In this document: in pieces, positions 20,207 to 30,023 of the stretch
Layout: each line of letters opens with the position of its first letter
How positions within the stretch are numbered: the stretch's first letter is position 1
DNA from: an uncultured virus (IMG/VR IMGVR_UViG_3300024303_004490)
Lineage: Duplodnaviria > Heunggongvirae > Uroviricota > Caudoviricetes
Length of the DNA stretch: 64,000 nucleotides
Strand: one strand, 5' to 3'
Virus record (IMG/VR): IMGVR_UViG_3300024303_004490
Translations under genes and position numbers: made by a program
Notes under the pieces: model-generated
What the model was told of the DNA's origin: nothing
Seen by the model: the letters and a program-made list of their open reading frames with translations, nothing else
The model's database searches: none

Positions 20207-20410
20207 TTAGATTCCGTCGGGGATAATATCATCAATGAAATTTTCCCTTTTCGGTTTGGATATGCCTGTGAATTGTTTGTGGCACTCCCACAGGTCAAGG
20301 AGTAATCCGAAAGGCATCAGCATGGTTTCATCCATTGTAAGATTGAGCTGTGCCATTCCGTAATAAAGAAGTCGAGTAAACAACTCTTCGTCACTTACTC
20401 GACCACTGCG
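20207..20410 (-). CDS. -1 frameshift extension of the tail assembly chaperone (gpGT-like)
   Basis: open -1 frame KRSGRVSDEELFTRLLYYGMAQL...DDIIPDGI reached from A AAA AAC at 20410-20416. Confidence 0.75.
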   Translation of the reverse strand, partial: RSGRVSDEELFTRLLYYGMAQLNLTMDETMLMPFGLLLDLWECHKQFTGISKPKRENFIDDIIPDGI

Positions 20411-20778
20411 TTTTTTGGCTCGTTTTCGCTTTCGATATTACGCTTCGTTCCTTTATACAGAGCCTCTGTAATTGCTGTCTTGTATTCGGCAAATTCAAAG
20501 GGTGTGGTGAGGATTTCAACCTCTTCTTCCGTTAAGAGAGGTTTTGGGGTTTCCTTATTCTTAAGATTGAAAATAAGGATAGACTGATTTGCGAGAAGAG
20601 TAACAAGCCACACAATTTCGGCTATTGCCATTTCAAAGTTTTCACTTTTCATCAGCTTATCACCGAGATTTTCAAGACCGCCGTAACGACTTGCTATTTC
20701 CTTGGTGGCTCTTGTCGAAAGCACAAGTTCGTACTCTTCACCACCGATGGTGATTTTAGCACTGCGTTCGTCAATCAT
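20395..20778 (-). CDS. tail assembly chaperone (gpG-like)
   Basis: follows the major tail gene and ends PKNAVVE with a slippery site. Confidence 0.8.
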   Translation of the reverse strand: MIDERSAKITIGGEEYELVLSTRATKEIASRYGGLENLGDKLMKSENFEMAIAEIVWLVTLLANQSILIFNLKNKETPKPLLTEEEVEILTTPFEFAEYKTAITEALYKGTKRNIESENEPKNAVVE

Positions 20779-20781
20779 TTA

Positions 20782-21384
20782 TTAACCCTCCTCACTTGCT
20801 GCTGAAGCCTGGGAAGGCTCATAAACTTCATCATACCAACCTTTGATGATTGCTGTGTTTACAGAACTGTCACCTTCGGTAACTTCTGCTTTCCAGGGGT
20901 GTTTCCCGTTTGCGGAGGGTTTGTTTCTGCGAAGAATAGTACCCTCAATGGTAGGTGTTGAGAAAGTGATTGAATCGCCCTTGGTAGCAAGGTTAGTAGC
21001 AGGAATGCCGAACTTAACTCTATACAGCCAGTAGTATTTATACTTTCCGTTTGATTTCTTTGCTCTGAAACCGACTGCAACGGGGTCAGCACTGTCCTCA
21101 GTAGAAGAAACAAGTACATAGTTGTCATCAATCGTTGCGCCTGTAAGGTCAGAAGCAACGGAAGCACCGATATCATCGATGCCGAGTGAGAGTGTACCTG
21201 ACTTGAATTCCTTAACGATTTCAGCAGCACCATCATCAGCATAGAGAGTTGCCTCTGCAAGTTCAACCGAAAGTTCTGCTGTCATTGCTTTTGCAAGGGG
21301 TACAGGCTTTGCATAGGTTTCATTGCCGTCTTTGTCTTCGGTAATTTTTGAATAATAAAGTTTATCAAGACCAATGGTAGCCAT
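20782..21384 (-). CDS. major tail protein (phi13-like family)
   Basis: MATIGLDKLYY; LYADDG; VAVGFRAKKSNGKY. Confidence 0.9.
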   Translation of the reverse strand: MATIGLDKLYYSKITEDKDGNETYAKPVPLAKAMTAELSVELAEATLYADDGAAEIVKEFKSGTLSLGIDDIGASVASDLTGATIDDNYVLVSSTEDSADPVAVGFRAKKSNGKYKYYWLYRVKFGIPATNLATKGDSITFSTPTIEGTILRRNKPSANGKHPWKAEVTEGDSSVNTAIIKGWYDEVYEPSQASAASEEG

Positions 21385-21728
21385 TAGATTTCCTCCATTT
21401 CATAATTTTTTGCCACGTCAATGGCATAATGGTGATATCCGGTACTATCCTCATGGGTGATGTACCTTCTATCCGTTATGGTTATATCCGCCTGTAACAA
21501 CAACCGGACTATTTGATTTTTCTTCTTCGTGTAATTTCCCTTGTCAAAAAGAGAAATCCGAACTTCTTGTATTTCGTTTATCGGAAAGTTGTCAGCCGAT
21601 AAAGGAAAAGTATCCACCGTTGGTGTAAGCACGACATAACTTTCCGGGGCAGTATCTGAAAAAACACCCGTTTCGACAGCAATACCGATACTTTCAATAA
21701 TGCTTTTAAGTTCCGATAAAAGGCTCAC
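21384..21728 (-). CDS. tail terminator / completion protein
   Basis: position and size; start reassigned to GTG (MSLLSELK). Confidence 0.7.
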   Translation of the reverse strand: MSLLSELKSIIESIGIAVETGVFSDTAPESYVVLTPTVDTFPLSADNFPINEIQEVRISLFDKGNYTKKKNQIVRLLLQADITITDRRYITHEDSTGYHHYAIDVAKNYEMEEI

Positions 21729-22156
21729 AAACCGCCCACCTCGCTTTCGAGGACTTCTTTCATCCGTGCAATACAAGCGGATTTAGAGGAGGTTTTCGCG
21801 GGTTTCAGAAAGGGTTTAGCAGGTTGTCCGTGCCTTCCATATTCGATGATGTTCGCAATTTTTGCATTGCTTTCACCGTCTGTACGAGGTTCAGAGAAAC
21901 CTATCTTAATATTGTGGTTGCCGTTTCGGTCGAGCTTCACAGAGGAGAGACCTAAACTTCGTTCAAGTTCGCCTGTGGAGCGTGACTCATATTTTGTTCC
22001 GCTGCCTATAACGGAAGAAAGATTACTTTTTACCTTGGCAAGAACAACCTCACCACCGGCTTCAAGAACTCTTTCAGCAACCGCATCACTTTTTTCTGCT
22101 AATTTCGAGAACTTTGTGAGTAAGTCTTCGGGCAATTTTACTGTAACTTTAGCCAC
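21725..22156 (-). CDS. HK97 gp10-like neck protein
   Basis: TGELERS; IEYGRHGQPAKPFLKPA. Confidence 0.85.
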   Translation of the reverse strand: MAKVTVKLPEDLLTKFSKLAEKSDAVAERVLEAGGEVVLAKVKSNLSSVIGSGTKYESRSTGELERSLGLSSVKLDRNGNHNIKIGFSEPRTDGESNAKIANIIEYGRHGQPAKPFLKPAKTSSKSACIARMKEVLESEVGGL

Positions 22157-22499
22157 TTTCTTTTACCTCCTTTGCAAGAACTTCAACATACATTCCTCTT
22201 CCTTTTACATCCTCAACGGAGATTATTTCAAACACTCTGCCATCGCAGTGTATTTGCATTTCGGTTGTTACCGTCAAATGTGGGATTGAACGAAAGCGGA
22301 AAAGTTCTGTGGCATCAGAGAACACAGCTCTGTTTGCCCATCTTTCACTTCCGTGTCTGCCTTCACGATAAGCTCTCACAGAAACAATCACATCGTGGCC
22401 TATGGTTTTGAAGCCTTCGTTATCTATGGATATTCTCTTGCCCGTAATGTAAATGGGAGTATTCATTTTTCCGAAAGACATAAGGCTCACACCTTCCAA
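22149..22499 (-). CDS. head-tail adaptor (head closure protein)
   Basis: FRFR..MQIHCDGRVFEIISV; position. Confidence 0.8.
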   Translation of the reverse strand: MEGVSLMSFGKMNTPIYITGKRISIDNEGFKTIGHDVIVSVRAYREGRHGSERWANRAVFSDATELFRFRSIPHLTVTTEMQIHCDGRVFEIISVEDVKGRGMYVEVLAKEVKESG

Positions 22500-22798
22500 T
22501 CTCTATCGAGTCGTAAAAGAAGATTTACTGTATTCCACACCTGGCTTGATGCCTGGGTGTTGTCCGCAAAGAAACCGCCCGTAGAGCCATCTCTACTTTC
22601 ATAGAAATGGCTTACGAGCATAATTACCGCTTGTTCTGTAGTTGGAGGCATTTTGTTTTCCTTATAGAACCCCTCTTGAATATGTTGATAGCTTTCGGCG
22701 TAGGAAACCGCAGCCGTTATATATTGTAAGAGAAGTGCATCATCGGCTGAATGCTCAAGTATAAGGTTTTGCTTAACTTTCGTTAATAAATGCTCCAT
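22487..22798 (-). CDS. head-tail connector (gp6-like)
   Basis: VKQNL..DDALL..AVIMLVSHFYESR. Confidence 0.85.
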   Translation of the reverse strand: MEHLLTKVKQNLILEHSADDALLLQYITAAVSYAESYQHIQEGFYKENKMPPTTEQAVIMLVSHFYESRDGSTGGFFADNTQASSQVWNTVNLLLRLDRDWKV

Positions 22799-22813
22799 AG
22801 TAGGTCACCTTTA

Positions 22814-24010
22814 TCAAGCACCCATCTGAAGAACCTTAACAGCTTCGGGTACGATAAGTCTCGCATCCACACGCTTGGTGGCAAGGAAACCTACCTGGCC
22901 TGTTGCTGCATAAAGCTCGTTGAGACGCTTGAATGTAACGCCCTGGCGGTCACCAATCCAGTAATATGAAAGGTCACCGAATGCGATAGTCTTCGCGCTT
23001 GCTTCAATACCAGGAACGGAAACAGAAGTATAAACAGGCTTACCAAGGAGAGTATCGGGCTGACCTTCCTTGAGAGCTGCCTGCCAAATATACTGGCCGT
23101 TGTTATCCTTGAGCTTGCGAATTGCAGCGATGGTTGAATCGTTAAGAAGCCATACAGCTTTCTTTCTGTAAGGCGCACGAAGTGAGTAATAAAGGTTGAT
23201 GATTTCATCAGCTGTGATTTCAGTTGCGGATGCAGCTGTTACACCGACTTCAGCACCCTCTGCATCAGTAAAGAGACCGAGAGGCTTACCATTACCGTTA
23301 CCGATAAGGAATGCTTCCTCTTCGGCACTGCTCATACGCTTGGTGAATTCATCACGGAAATATCCTTCAAGGTCAAATGCAGAGTCATTAAGAAGCTCTT
23401 CGGAAACCTTAATAAGAGCTGTGAGCTTGTGAGCGCCGATTGACTTCTGACCGAATGTATCATCACTTTCGGGAATAGCACCTGCTTCTTCAACCCAAGA
23501 AGCAACGCCACGGGATGCAACAACAGGAATTCTGTGAACACCTGTTGAGGTTGTAAATGTGTGTGCAAGTTTACGGAAGATAAGATCATCGTGAAGAGCT
23601 GTGATGAGGTTCTTCTCAAAGGTTTCAGGAACAAGGAAACCGCCCTCGGTATCCACACCTTCGCTCAAAGCGTTACGCACTTCAATAGAAGAACGGTCAC
23701 GCATCTGATTCCAGAACGCATTCTTGTATGTATCGGAAGCTCTGCCGGTCTTGTCATCGGTTTTCTTTGCTTCGGGTTTTTCTGTGATGGGTGTGCTTGT
23801 AGGAGCACTAAGCTGACGCTCAAGAGCATCGGCTCTCTGCTGACGTTCGATTTCACGAGTAAGGTCAGCAATTTCCTTTTCCATCTTGTCGTAGGTTTCG
23901 GTATCTTCAGCTGAAAGAATACCCTTGTCGTTTCTGTGCGAATCAAGGAATGCTTTTGCATCTTCCCAGGCCTTTGCACGTGTTGTCATTAATTCGTTAA
24001 TTTTACTCAT
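22814..24010 (-). CDS. major capsid protein, HK97 fold
   Basis: GGFLVPE; SEELLNDS; LKDNNGQYIW; start reassigned to MSKINEL. Confidence 0.95.
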   Translation of the reverse strand: MSKINELMTTRAKAWEDAKAFLDSHRNDKGILSAEDTETYDKMEKEIADLTREIERQQRADALERQLSAPTSTPITEKPEAKKTDDKTGRASDTYKNAFWNQMRDRSSIEVRNALSEGVDTEGGFLVPETFEKNLITALHDDLIFRKLAHTFTTSTGVHRIPVVASRGVASWVEEAGAIPESDDTFGQKSIGAHKLTALIKVSEELLNDSAFDLEGYFRDEFTKRMSSAEEEAFLIGNGNGKPLGLFTDAEGAEVGVTAASATEITADEIINLYYSLRAPYRKKAVWLLNDSTIAAIRKLKDNNGQYIWQAALKEGQPDTLLGKPVYTSVSVPGIEASAKTIAFGDLSYYWIGDRQGVTFKRLNELYAATGQVGFLATKRVDARLIVPEAVKVLQMGA

Positions 24011-24026
24011 AGTAATTTTTCTCCCT

Positions 24027-24749
24027 TCAAGGTTTAATAAGTTCGAGTCTTTTAATAAGCTCGTCATAGGATGTACCGGGTTTAACCGGTTCTTTCGCTG
24101 CTTCGGTTTCTCTTTTTCGAGAGAGTCTTGACATCAGTGAATTTGTCACTGCTTTACGGCTGAAGGTGAAGCTATCTTCAACCTTGAGTGTTTCTTCATC
24201 TTCTGAATCCTTTTTGAAAAGCAAGTCATCGGCAAAACCGAGTTCGATTGCTTTCTTTGCATTCATCCAGGTTTCAGCATCCATGAAGTGGGACAGCTTT
24301 GCACGGGACAGACCCGTTTTGATTTCATAAGCGTTGATGATGCTTTCCTTTACTTCAGCAAGCATATCCATAGCTTTCTTCATCTCATCGCTGTCTCCAA
24401 TGGCTACGGTCAAGGGATTGTGAATCATCATAAGTGCTGTGGGTGACATCAGTACTTTCGTACCTGCCATAGCAATTACTGAAGCGGCGGATGCAGCAAT
24501 ACCGTCAATCTTCACGGTTACATTTCCCTTGTAATCCATAAGCATGTTATAAATCTGTGCGGCAGCAACGCAGTCACCACCGGGTGAGTTAATCCAAACA
24601 ACAATGTCACCCTGACCGGCTTCCAACTCAGCTCTGAACGCCTTGGGGGTGACATCGTCGTCGAACCAACTTTCATCTGCGATAGAACCGCAAAGGTAAA
24701 GGGTGCGAGTTCCATCGTTTTCTGTTTTGAAATTCCAGAATTTATTCAT
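24027..24749 (-). CDS. ClpP-type prohead protease
   Basis: INSPGGD; AASAAS; MMIHNP; ETWM. Confidence 0.93.
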   Translation of the reverse strand: MNKFWNFKTENDGTRTLYLCGSIADESWFDDDVTPKAFRAELEAGQGDIVVWINSPGGDCVAAAQIYNMLMDYKGNVTVKIDGIAASAASVIAMAGTKVLMSPTALMMIHNPLTVAIGDSDEMKKAMDMLAEVKESIINAYEIKTGLSRAKLSHFMDAETWMNAKKAIELGFADDLLFKKDSEDEETLKVEDSFTFSRKAVTNSLMSRLSRKRETEAAKEPVKPGTSYDELIKRLELIKP

Positions 24750-26007
24750 CTGTGGGTTCTTCCTCCTTTTCAGGTATTTGTCCCGCGAATATTCCGGCGT
24801 CGGACATTTTACACATGTTGCCGTTTATAAGGTAAAGGTCGCCACCTTCATCCGCAGGGATTCTGTTAAGATTTTCAAGTTCCCTGATGTCATTAGCGGA
24901 AAGCCAACCGTTCTGTCTGCCGATTGCATAGCCGGACATACGGCTTGCATAGTCGCCACGCAGAAGACCATCTACATTAAACTTGAAGAAAAGCTCACCT
25001 TTTTCTTTTTCGTTTAACAGCACACGGAACAAGGCTTGCTCCCAACGAATCAACCAGGGTTGCAAGGTATAGGTCACGAATTCCAAACTCTGCTGCTCGA
25101 TGTTTGAAAAGCTTGACTTTTCGAGGTCTCCAACCATATGGGGAGGGACTCGGAATATGCGAGCAATTTCATTAATTTGAAATTTCCTCGTTTCAAGAAA
25201 CTGTGCCTGTTCAGGTGAAATACCTATAGGAGTGTATTTCATACCTTCTTCAAGCACGGCTATCTTGTTAGCATTATGGCTACCACCGAAAGTGGACTGC
25301 CAACTTTCACGCACTCGCTGTGGGTCCTTAATTGTTCCGGGGTGTTCAAGCACCCCACCGGGGGCAGCACCGTTAGCAAAGAACTTAGCTCCGTATTCCT
25401 CGCAGGCTATTGCCATACCAATTGCGTTTTTTGCCATAGCGATAGGGCTATAACCGACAAGACCATCGAATCCAAGTCCGGGAATATGCAGAACATCGGA
25501 AGGTGTCAAATATACATTTGAACCCTCCATGGTGTTTGCCTCTTCCTTTGAGTGCGAATAGGTGTAGTAAAGCTGACCTTTATCATCACGGTCAACTGTC
25601 ATTTTGTTTGGCATTAAGGGATACAAGGCAATAACCTCGCCCTTGCCATTTCTTATTATCTGTGCATAAGCATTACCCCAAAGGAGCAAGTGTGTCATCA
25701 GGGTTTCTCTGAAAACGAATGAGCTCATTTCAGGGTTCGGTTCATCGTGAAGAAGTCTGTAAAGCGGATGGTCGATGGCTTTATCCTTACTACCACTCTC
25801 ACCGTAACGATAAAGATGCAACGGCAAACCCGCCAAGGCTTCAGCGAGGATTCGAACACAAGAGTACACAGCCGTCATCTGCATAGCTGAACGCTCTGTT
25901 ACAGATTTTCCCGATGTACTGTTTCCGAAGAAGAAACTGTATCCACTACCCGCTGTACTGTTCGAAGGCTTATCTCTGGAACGAAACAAGCCTGAAAAGA
26001 TGTTCAT
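24742..26007 (-). CDS. portal protein (HK97 family)
   Basis: LLWGNAYA; IARIFRVPPHM; start reassigned to MNIFSG. Confidence 0.95.
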   Translation of the reverse strand: MNIFSGLFRSRDKPSNSTAGSGYSFFFGNSTSGKSVTERSAMQMTAVYSCVRILAEALAGLPLHLYRYGESGSKDKAIDHPLYRLLHDEPNPEMSSFVFRETLMTHLLLWGNAYAQIIRNGKGEVIALYPLMPNKMTVDRDDKGQLYYTYSHSKEEANTMEGSNVYLTPSDVLHIPGLGFDGLVGYSPIAMAKNAIGMAIACEEYGAKFFANGAAPGGVLEHPGTIKDPQRVRESWQSTFGGSHNANKIAVLEEGMKYTPIGISPEQAQFLETRKFQINEIARIFRVPPHMVGDLEKSSFSNIEQQSLEFVTYTLQPWLIRWEQALFRVLLNEKEKGELFFKFNVDGLLRGDYASRMSGYAIGRQNGWLSANDIRELENLNRIPADEGGDLYLINGNMCKMSDAGIFAGQIPEKEEEPTDE

Positions 26008-26074
26008 AAAATCAACTCCTGTTTGTAAATTTTGGTATATAAAAAGCACCTACCTAAAAAACGATAGATGCCTT

Positions 26075-26167
26075 TTATGCTATTCCGAGGATTTCCAACA
26101 GCTTAATAATCTGCACAAGGAAAGCTGTGATGTACAGCCCAGGCAGTACTAAAAGTCCGTGAATCAT
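26075..26167 (-). CDS. 30-aa hydrophobic peptide (not in ORF track)
   Basis: AAGGAG RBS; MIHGLLVLPGLYITAFLVQIIKLLEILGIA; followed by a hairpin at 26042-26076. Confidence 0.45.
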   Translation of the reverse strand: MIHGLLVLPGLYITAFLVQIIKLLEILGIA

Positions 26168-26171
26168 ATGA

Positions 26172-26954
26172 CTACTCCTTTCCATTAAAATCATCAAGCC
26201 TTTTCCTTAATTCAGAAAAGAACACTTTTCCTTTAATTGGCAATCCCTGGGCAGTTCTTTCTTCTTCAAAACTGAAGCGTATTTCAAGTTCTTCTGCCGA
26301 GTAGTTCTTTAAGAACTTACGCCAAGTGTGCTTATCCATATATCTCAACTTTTCCCATAGTTCGGGAAAGTGAGTGCGAAGTTTGCGTAATTCATCAAAA
26401 GACTGAAGAGGACAGCACCAACAGGATACGCGATGGAAGATATCATAAAGACCTTCCCAATCGAAACCTCTCTCTTTGCAGTATTGAAGGCAGTCCTTTT
26501 CGGTCATACCCCAATCAATGAGGGGGTAATTAAACTCGTGTACTCTCTGAGGCTCATCTGCTGCAATGCCGATGTACTGCTCGATTTCATAATCTTTAGA
26601 AAGACCACGGAGATAGTGATTTATTACCCTTGTTTTCAAGGTTGCCGTACACCAACGATTCCTCGGCCCCGCCCAACTGAATCCTTTTCTACCTTGAAGT
26701 TCGGGGTTTCTTCGTTTAGGTTCGTGTTCAAAGAAAAGGTATTCAAAGCTGTCTTTTCCTTTTAGTCTTGTTATAGGTCTGTCAATGTACTTTTCAAGTT
26801 TATCAATGTGTCTGTACATCGCATCAAACTCAAGCCCGGTATCGCAGAACAAAATAATATCCACGGGCATCCCTTCTTCAAGCATTCGAAGAAGCATAGC
26901 CGTGGAGTCTTTGCCACCGGACAGCGATACAATATGTAATTTTGGTTTACTCAA
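26172..26954 (-). CDS. PAPS-reductase-family (PP-loop) protein
   Basis: SLSGGKDS; DTGLEF; RWCTATLK; RVSCWCCP. Confidence 0.85.
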   Translation of the reverse strand: MSKPKLHIVSLSGGKDSTAMLLRMLEEGMPVDIILFCDTGLEFDAMYRHIDKLEKYIDRPITRLKGKDSFEYLFFEHEPKRRNPELQGRKGFSWAGPRNRWCTATLKTRVINHYLRGLSKDYEIEQYIGIAADEPQRVHEFNYPLIDWGMTEKDCLQYCKERGFDWEGLYDIFHRVSCWCCPLQSFDELRKLRTHFPELWEKLRYMDKHTWRKFLKNYSAEELEIRFSFEEERTAQGLPIKGKVFFSELRKRLDDFNGKE

Positions 26955-26966
26955 TGTAAGACCTCC

Positions 26967-28568
26967 TTATATAAATAGAATACCTCGGTCGTCATAAACC
27001 GAAGCACCAGATTCTCCACCACAGCGGATTGCTCGGTCAAGTGCCATTATGAGGGCAACGGCACCGTCAATCTTCTCTGTAGATTTTTCCTTGTCAGGCT
27101 TGATATTTCCCGCCGGATCTGTTCGTATAAAAATGTTATCCATCATCCATCGGAGAACCGGGTGTCCGCTGTGTGCCATTTTTTCTTCAAGGGTAAGCTT
27201 CATCAATTCTTTTGTCGGAGGACTCATGTCCTTAAACCCTTGCCCGAAAGGTACAACAGTGAATCCCATACCCTCAAGGTTCTGAACCATTTGCACCGCA
27301 CCCCAGCGGTCAAATGCTATTTCTTTTATGTTATATTTCTTACCGAGTTCTTCTATGAAGTTCTCGATGAAGCCATAGTGAACAACATTTCCTTCGGTAG
27401 TCTTAAGATAACCTTGGCGTTCCCATACATCATACGGTACATGGTCTCTTCGAACACGAAGGTCAAGGTTGTCTTCCGGTATCCAAAAGAACGGCAGTAC
27501 AGAGTATTTATCATCTTCATCTTCTGGTGGGAAGACAAGAACAAAGGCAGTGATATCTGTAGTGGATGAAAGGTCAAGACCACCATAACATACACGCCCT
27601 TCAAGTGAATCGGGGTTTGTAGGGAACGAGCATTTATCCCATTTGTCCATTGGCATCCATCGTACTGCTTGTTTTACCCATTGATTTAAGCGAAGCTGTC
27701 TAAAACTGTTCTCCTCGGCAGGGTTTTGTTTTGCCGATTCACAGGCTGCCTCTACTTTATCAATGCCTACTGTTATGCCGAGTGAAGGGTTCGCTTTTGC
27801 CCACACCTTCGGGTCAGTCCAATCATCGTTCTCATCTGCTCCATATATAACAGGATAGAATGTAGGGTCGATTTTTCTACCTTCCATTATGTCTTTAGCT
27901 TTTTGGTGAGTTTCATAACAAATACTGTTAGTGTCTGTTCCTGCTGTAGTAATCAGAAAGTATAATGGTTGCATACGAGCATCACCGGAACCCTTTGTCA
28001 TGACATCAAAGAGTTTTCTGTTTGGCTGTGTATGAAGCTCATCAAACAGCACTCCGTGGATGTTGAAGCCGTGCTTTGAATAGGCTTCGGCTGAAAGAAC
28101 CTGGTAGAAACTGTTTGTAGGTTCGTATACAATTCTTTTCTGCGACGCAAGTATTTTTACTCGTTTATTCAGAGCCGGACACATTCTTACCATATCAGCT
28201 GCAACCTCAAAAACGATTGACGCCTGCTGTCGGTCAGCCGCACAACCATAGACCTCGGCTCGTTCTTCACCATCACCGCAAGTGAGCAAAAGAGCAATGG
28301 CGGCTGCAAGTTCCGATTTGCCCATTTTCTTTGGTATTTCTACATATGCATAATTGAACTGTCTATACCCGTTAGGTTTCATTGTACCGAAAAGGTCTCG
28401 GATAATCTGTTCTTGCCAATCAATTAACTCGAAAGGCTTACCCGCCCAGGAACCTTTTGTATGGCAAAGGCACTGCACAAAGTCAACAGCATAATCAGCA
28501 GCATCTTTATCGTAGTAAGAGTCTTTTGACATAAACTTTGTCGGTTTATATTTTTTCAGCTTTCTCAC
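26967..28568 (-). CDS. terminase large subunit
   Basis: PKKMGKSE Walker A; FDELH Walker B; GGLDLS; KIDGAVA. Confidence 0.95.
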   Translation of the reverse strand: MRKLKKYKPTKFMSKDSYYDKDAADYAVDFVQCLCHTKGSWAGKPFELIDWQEQIIRDLFGTMKPNGYRQFNYAYVEIPKKMGKSELAAAIALLLTCGDGEERAEVYGCAADRQQASIVFEVAADMVRMCPALNKRVKILASQKRIVYEPTNSFYQVLSAEAYSKHGFNIHGVLFDELHTQPNRKLFDVMTKGSGDARMQPLYFLITTAGTDTNSICYETHQKAKDIMEGRKIDPTFYPVIYGADENDDWTDPKVWAKANPSLGITVGIDKVEAACESAKQNPAEENSFRQLRLNQWVKQAVRWMPMDKWDKCSFPTNPDSLEGRVCYGGLDLSSTTDITAFVLVFPPEDEDDKYSVLPFFWIPEDNLDLRVRRDHVPYDVWERQGYLKTTEGNVVHYGFIENFIEELGKKYNIKEIAFDRWGAVQMVQNLEGMGFTVVPFGQGFKDMSPPTKELMKLTLEEKMAHSGHPVLRWMMDNIFIRTDPAGNIKPDKEKSTEKIDGAVALIMALDRAIRCGGESGASVYDDRGILFI

Positions 28569-28663
28569 GCTGTTACCTCCTTTATGAGTAATAAAAAAAC
28601 AGCCCTGTAGGCTGCTACGAGAGAAAGAGCCGAACGGCTCCTTCAGTTATATGTGATTAAAAC

Positions 28664-28933
28664 TTACTTGCTAAAATAATGGGTTGAGGAATAACAGTCT
28701 GAACCATCCTCTTCGTTGACCACTTCATCAACAAGGTTGAGGTTGAAGTTATTCTTAATTAGCACATTAAGAAATGCGTGGTCGTGCTTCCAATCACCCC
28801 AGGAAATGTCAATTGCTATCGTTCCATCCGCTGTAAGTTCGACATTGTAATATCTTCCGTTTTCTTCGAGCTTGTTGCCGATGTCTCTTATAAGCTTCAT
28901 CTTATCTTTTCTTGTCATTGCTTTTCCCTCCAT
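28664..28933 (-). CDS. small hypothetical protein (cassette 1)
   Basis: 89 aa, in an operon with RBS. Confidence 0.6.
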   Translation of the reverse strand: MEGKAMTRKDKMKLIRDIGNKLEENGRYYNVELTADGTIAIDISWGDWKHDHAFLNVLIKNNFNLNLVDEVVNEEDGSDCYSSTHYFSK

Positions 28934-28936
28934 TTC

Positions 28937-29203
28937 TTATTTTGCCATTTGCTGAATGCACCAGGCAATTGCGTGTCCGTTGTCTTCAAACGAAACTTCA
29001 GAGGTTTTTATAAGGGAAATTCTGCATTCGCAATCTGCAAGTCCGGTTTCTTCAGGGGTTTCAATGAACTCCCAAATCTCTGCGATAAATCCGCCTCTCC
29101 AATTTACATCTGTTACGAAAACCTTGTCTCCGTACTGTAAAACGGCTCCGTAGCTTGCTGAAACATTGCACTGTAATTTTTCCATTGTTGTAAAGCCTGC
29201 CAT
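28937..29203 (-). CDS. small hypothetical protein (cassette 1)
   Basis: 88 aa, AAGGAGG RBS. Confidence 0.65.
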   Translation of the reverse strand: MAGFTTMEKLQCNVSASYGAVLQYGDKVFVTDVNWRGGFIAEIWEFIETPEETGLADCECRISLIKTSEVSFEDNGHAIAWCIQQMAK

Positions 29204-29216
29204 TGTTTTGTCCTCC

Positions 29217-29423
29217 TTAATCGTTGATTACCACTGCTTTGTAGTATCCGAAAGCGTCTCTTGCAATTCCGTAGTTGCATTCAACCCCGTACTTGCGGTC
29301 AAAGGCTTTTGCTTTCTTCGCAAGGTTTGTAGCTGCGTTTCTGCTTTCTTCTCTTGTCATTCCTTCGAAGCGGTATTCTCCGGTCTTCTGAAGGGTGCGA
29401 ATCTGTTCGTTAAGGTTTGTCAT
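29217..29423 (-). CDS. small hypothetical protein (cassette 1)
   Basis: 68 aa, GGAGG RBS, first gene after a repeat promoter. Confidence 0.65.
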   Translation of the reverse strand: MTNLNEQIRTLQKTGEYRFEGMTREESRNAATNLAKKAKAFDRKYGVECNYGIARDAFGYYKAVVIND

Positions 29424-29432
29424 TGTTGTGTC

Positions 29433-29538
29433 CTCCGTTCTTTATTGTGTACTCATATTAACTCTAAAAGCACATAATATCCAGTCATTTCGGAGATATA
29501 TATTACACAAACATTAGGCTTAAATACTGTGTATATTT
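29433..29538 (-). repeat. promoter-containing direct repeat R1
   Basis: ACTGGATA-N17-TAATAT plus TACACA-N18-TGTGTA; similar to R2 and R3. Confidence 0.85.
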
Positions 29539-29577
29539 GTACGAGAGAAAGAGCCTATAAAAGACTCCTTCCTGTTA

Positions 29578-30009
29578 TTATTTTATGCCGTTGTCGAACC
29601 TTTCTTTAAGGTAGCAATAGCAATAGATGTTATATTCGCCTTTGTTCGGATTCAAGCGAAAGAGGTATGTGTGTTTCTCTGTATCCGCTCTGAACCCGTA
29701 ATGGTTTCTGTCATCGTTAAAAGCACTGTTCGGGTTCGCATTACAGTATGCTTTAAGACGCTCTCTGCAAAAGAGCACTTTTCCGTATTCGGCTGCGAAA
29801 CGAAGGGTGTTTATAACAATGTCGAATTCCTGGGTAAAGGCAGCCGTTTTAAATTCGGTCATCAATTCATTCCAGGTTGAATAAAACTCTTTCCCGGTAC
29901 TGCCGAAATCGGCTCGTAGGTAACCGATGCAACCGAGTTCTTCATACCCGTTGGGGGATTGCTTAAAAGTATAAGGCCTTTCAATTGCTGTTAATGCTCT
30001 GAATGTCAT
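29578..30009 (-). CDS. hypothetical protein (cassette 2)
   Basis: 143 aa; GCIGYLRADFG motif of a type seen in Clostridial mobile elements. Confidence 0.65.
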   Translation of the reverse strand: MTFRALTAIERPYTFKQSPNGYEELGCIGYLRADFGSTGKEFYSTWNELMTEFKTAAFTQEFDIVINTLRFAAEYGKVLFCRERLKAYCNANPNSAFNDDRNHYGFRADTEKHTYLFRLNPNKGEYNIYCYCYLKERFDNGIK

Positions 30010-30023
30010 TTTCTTGCCCCTCC

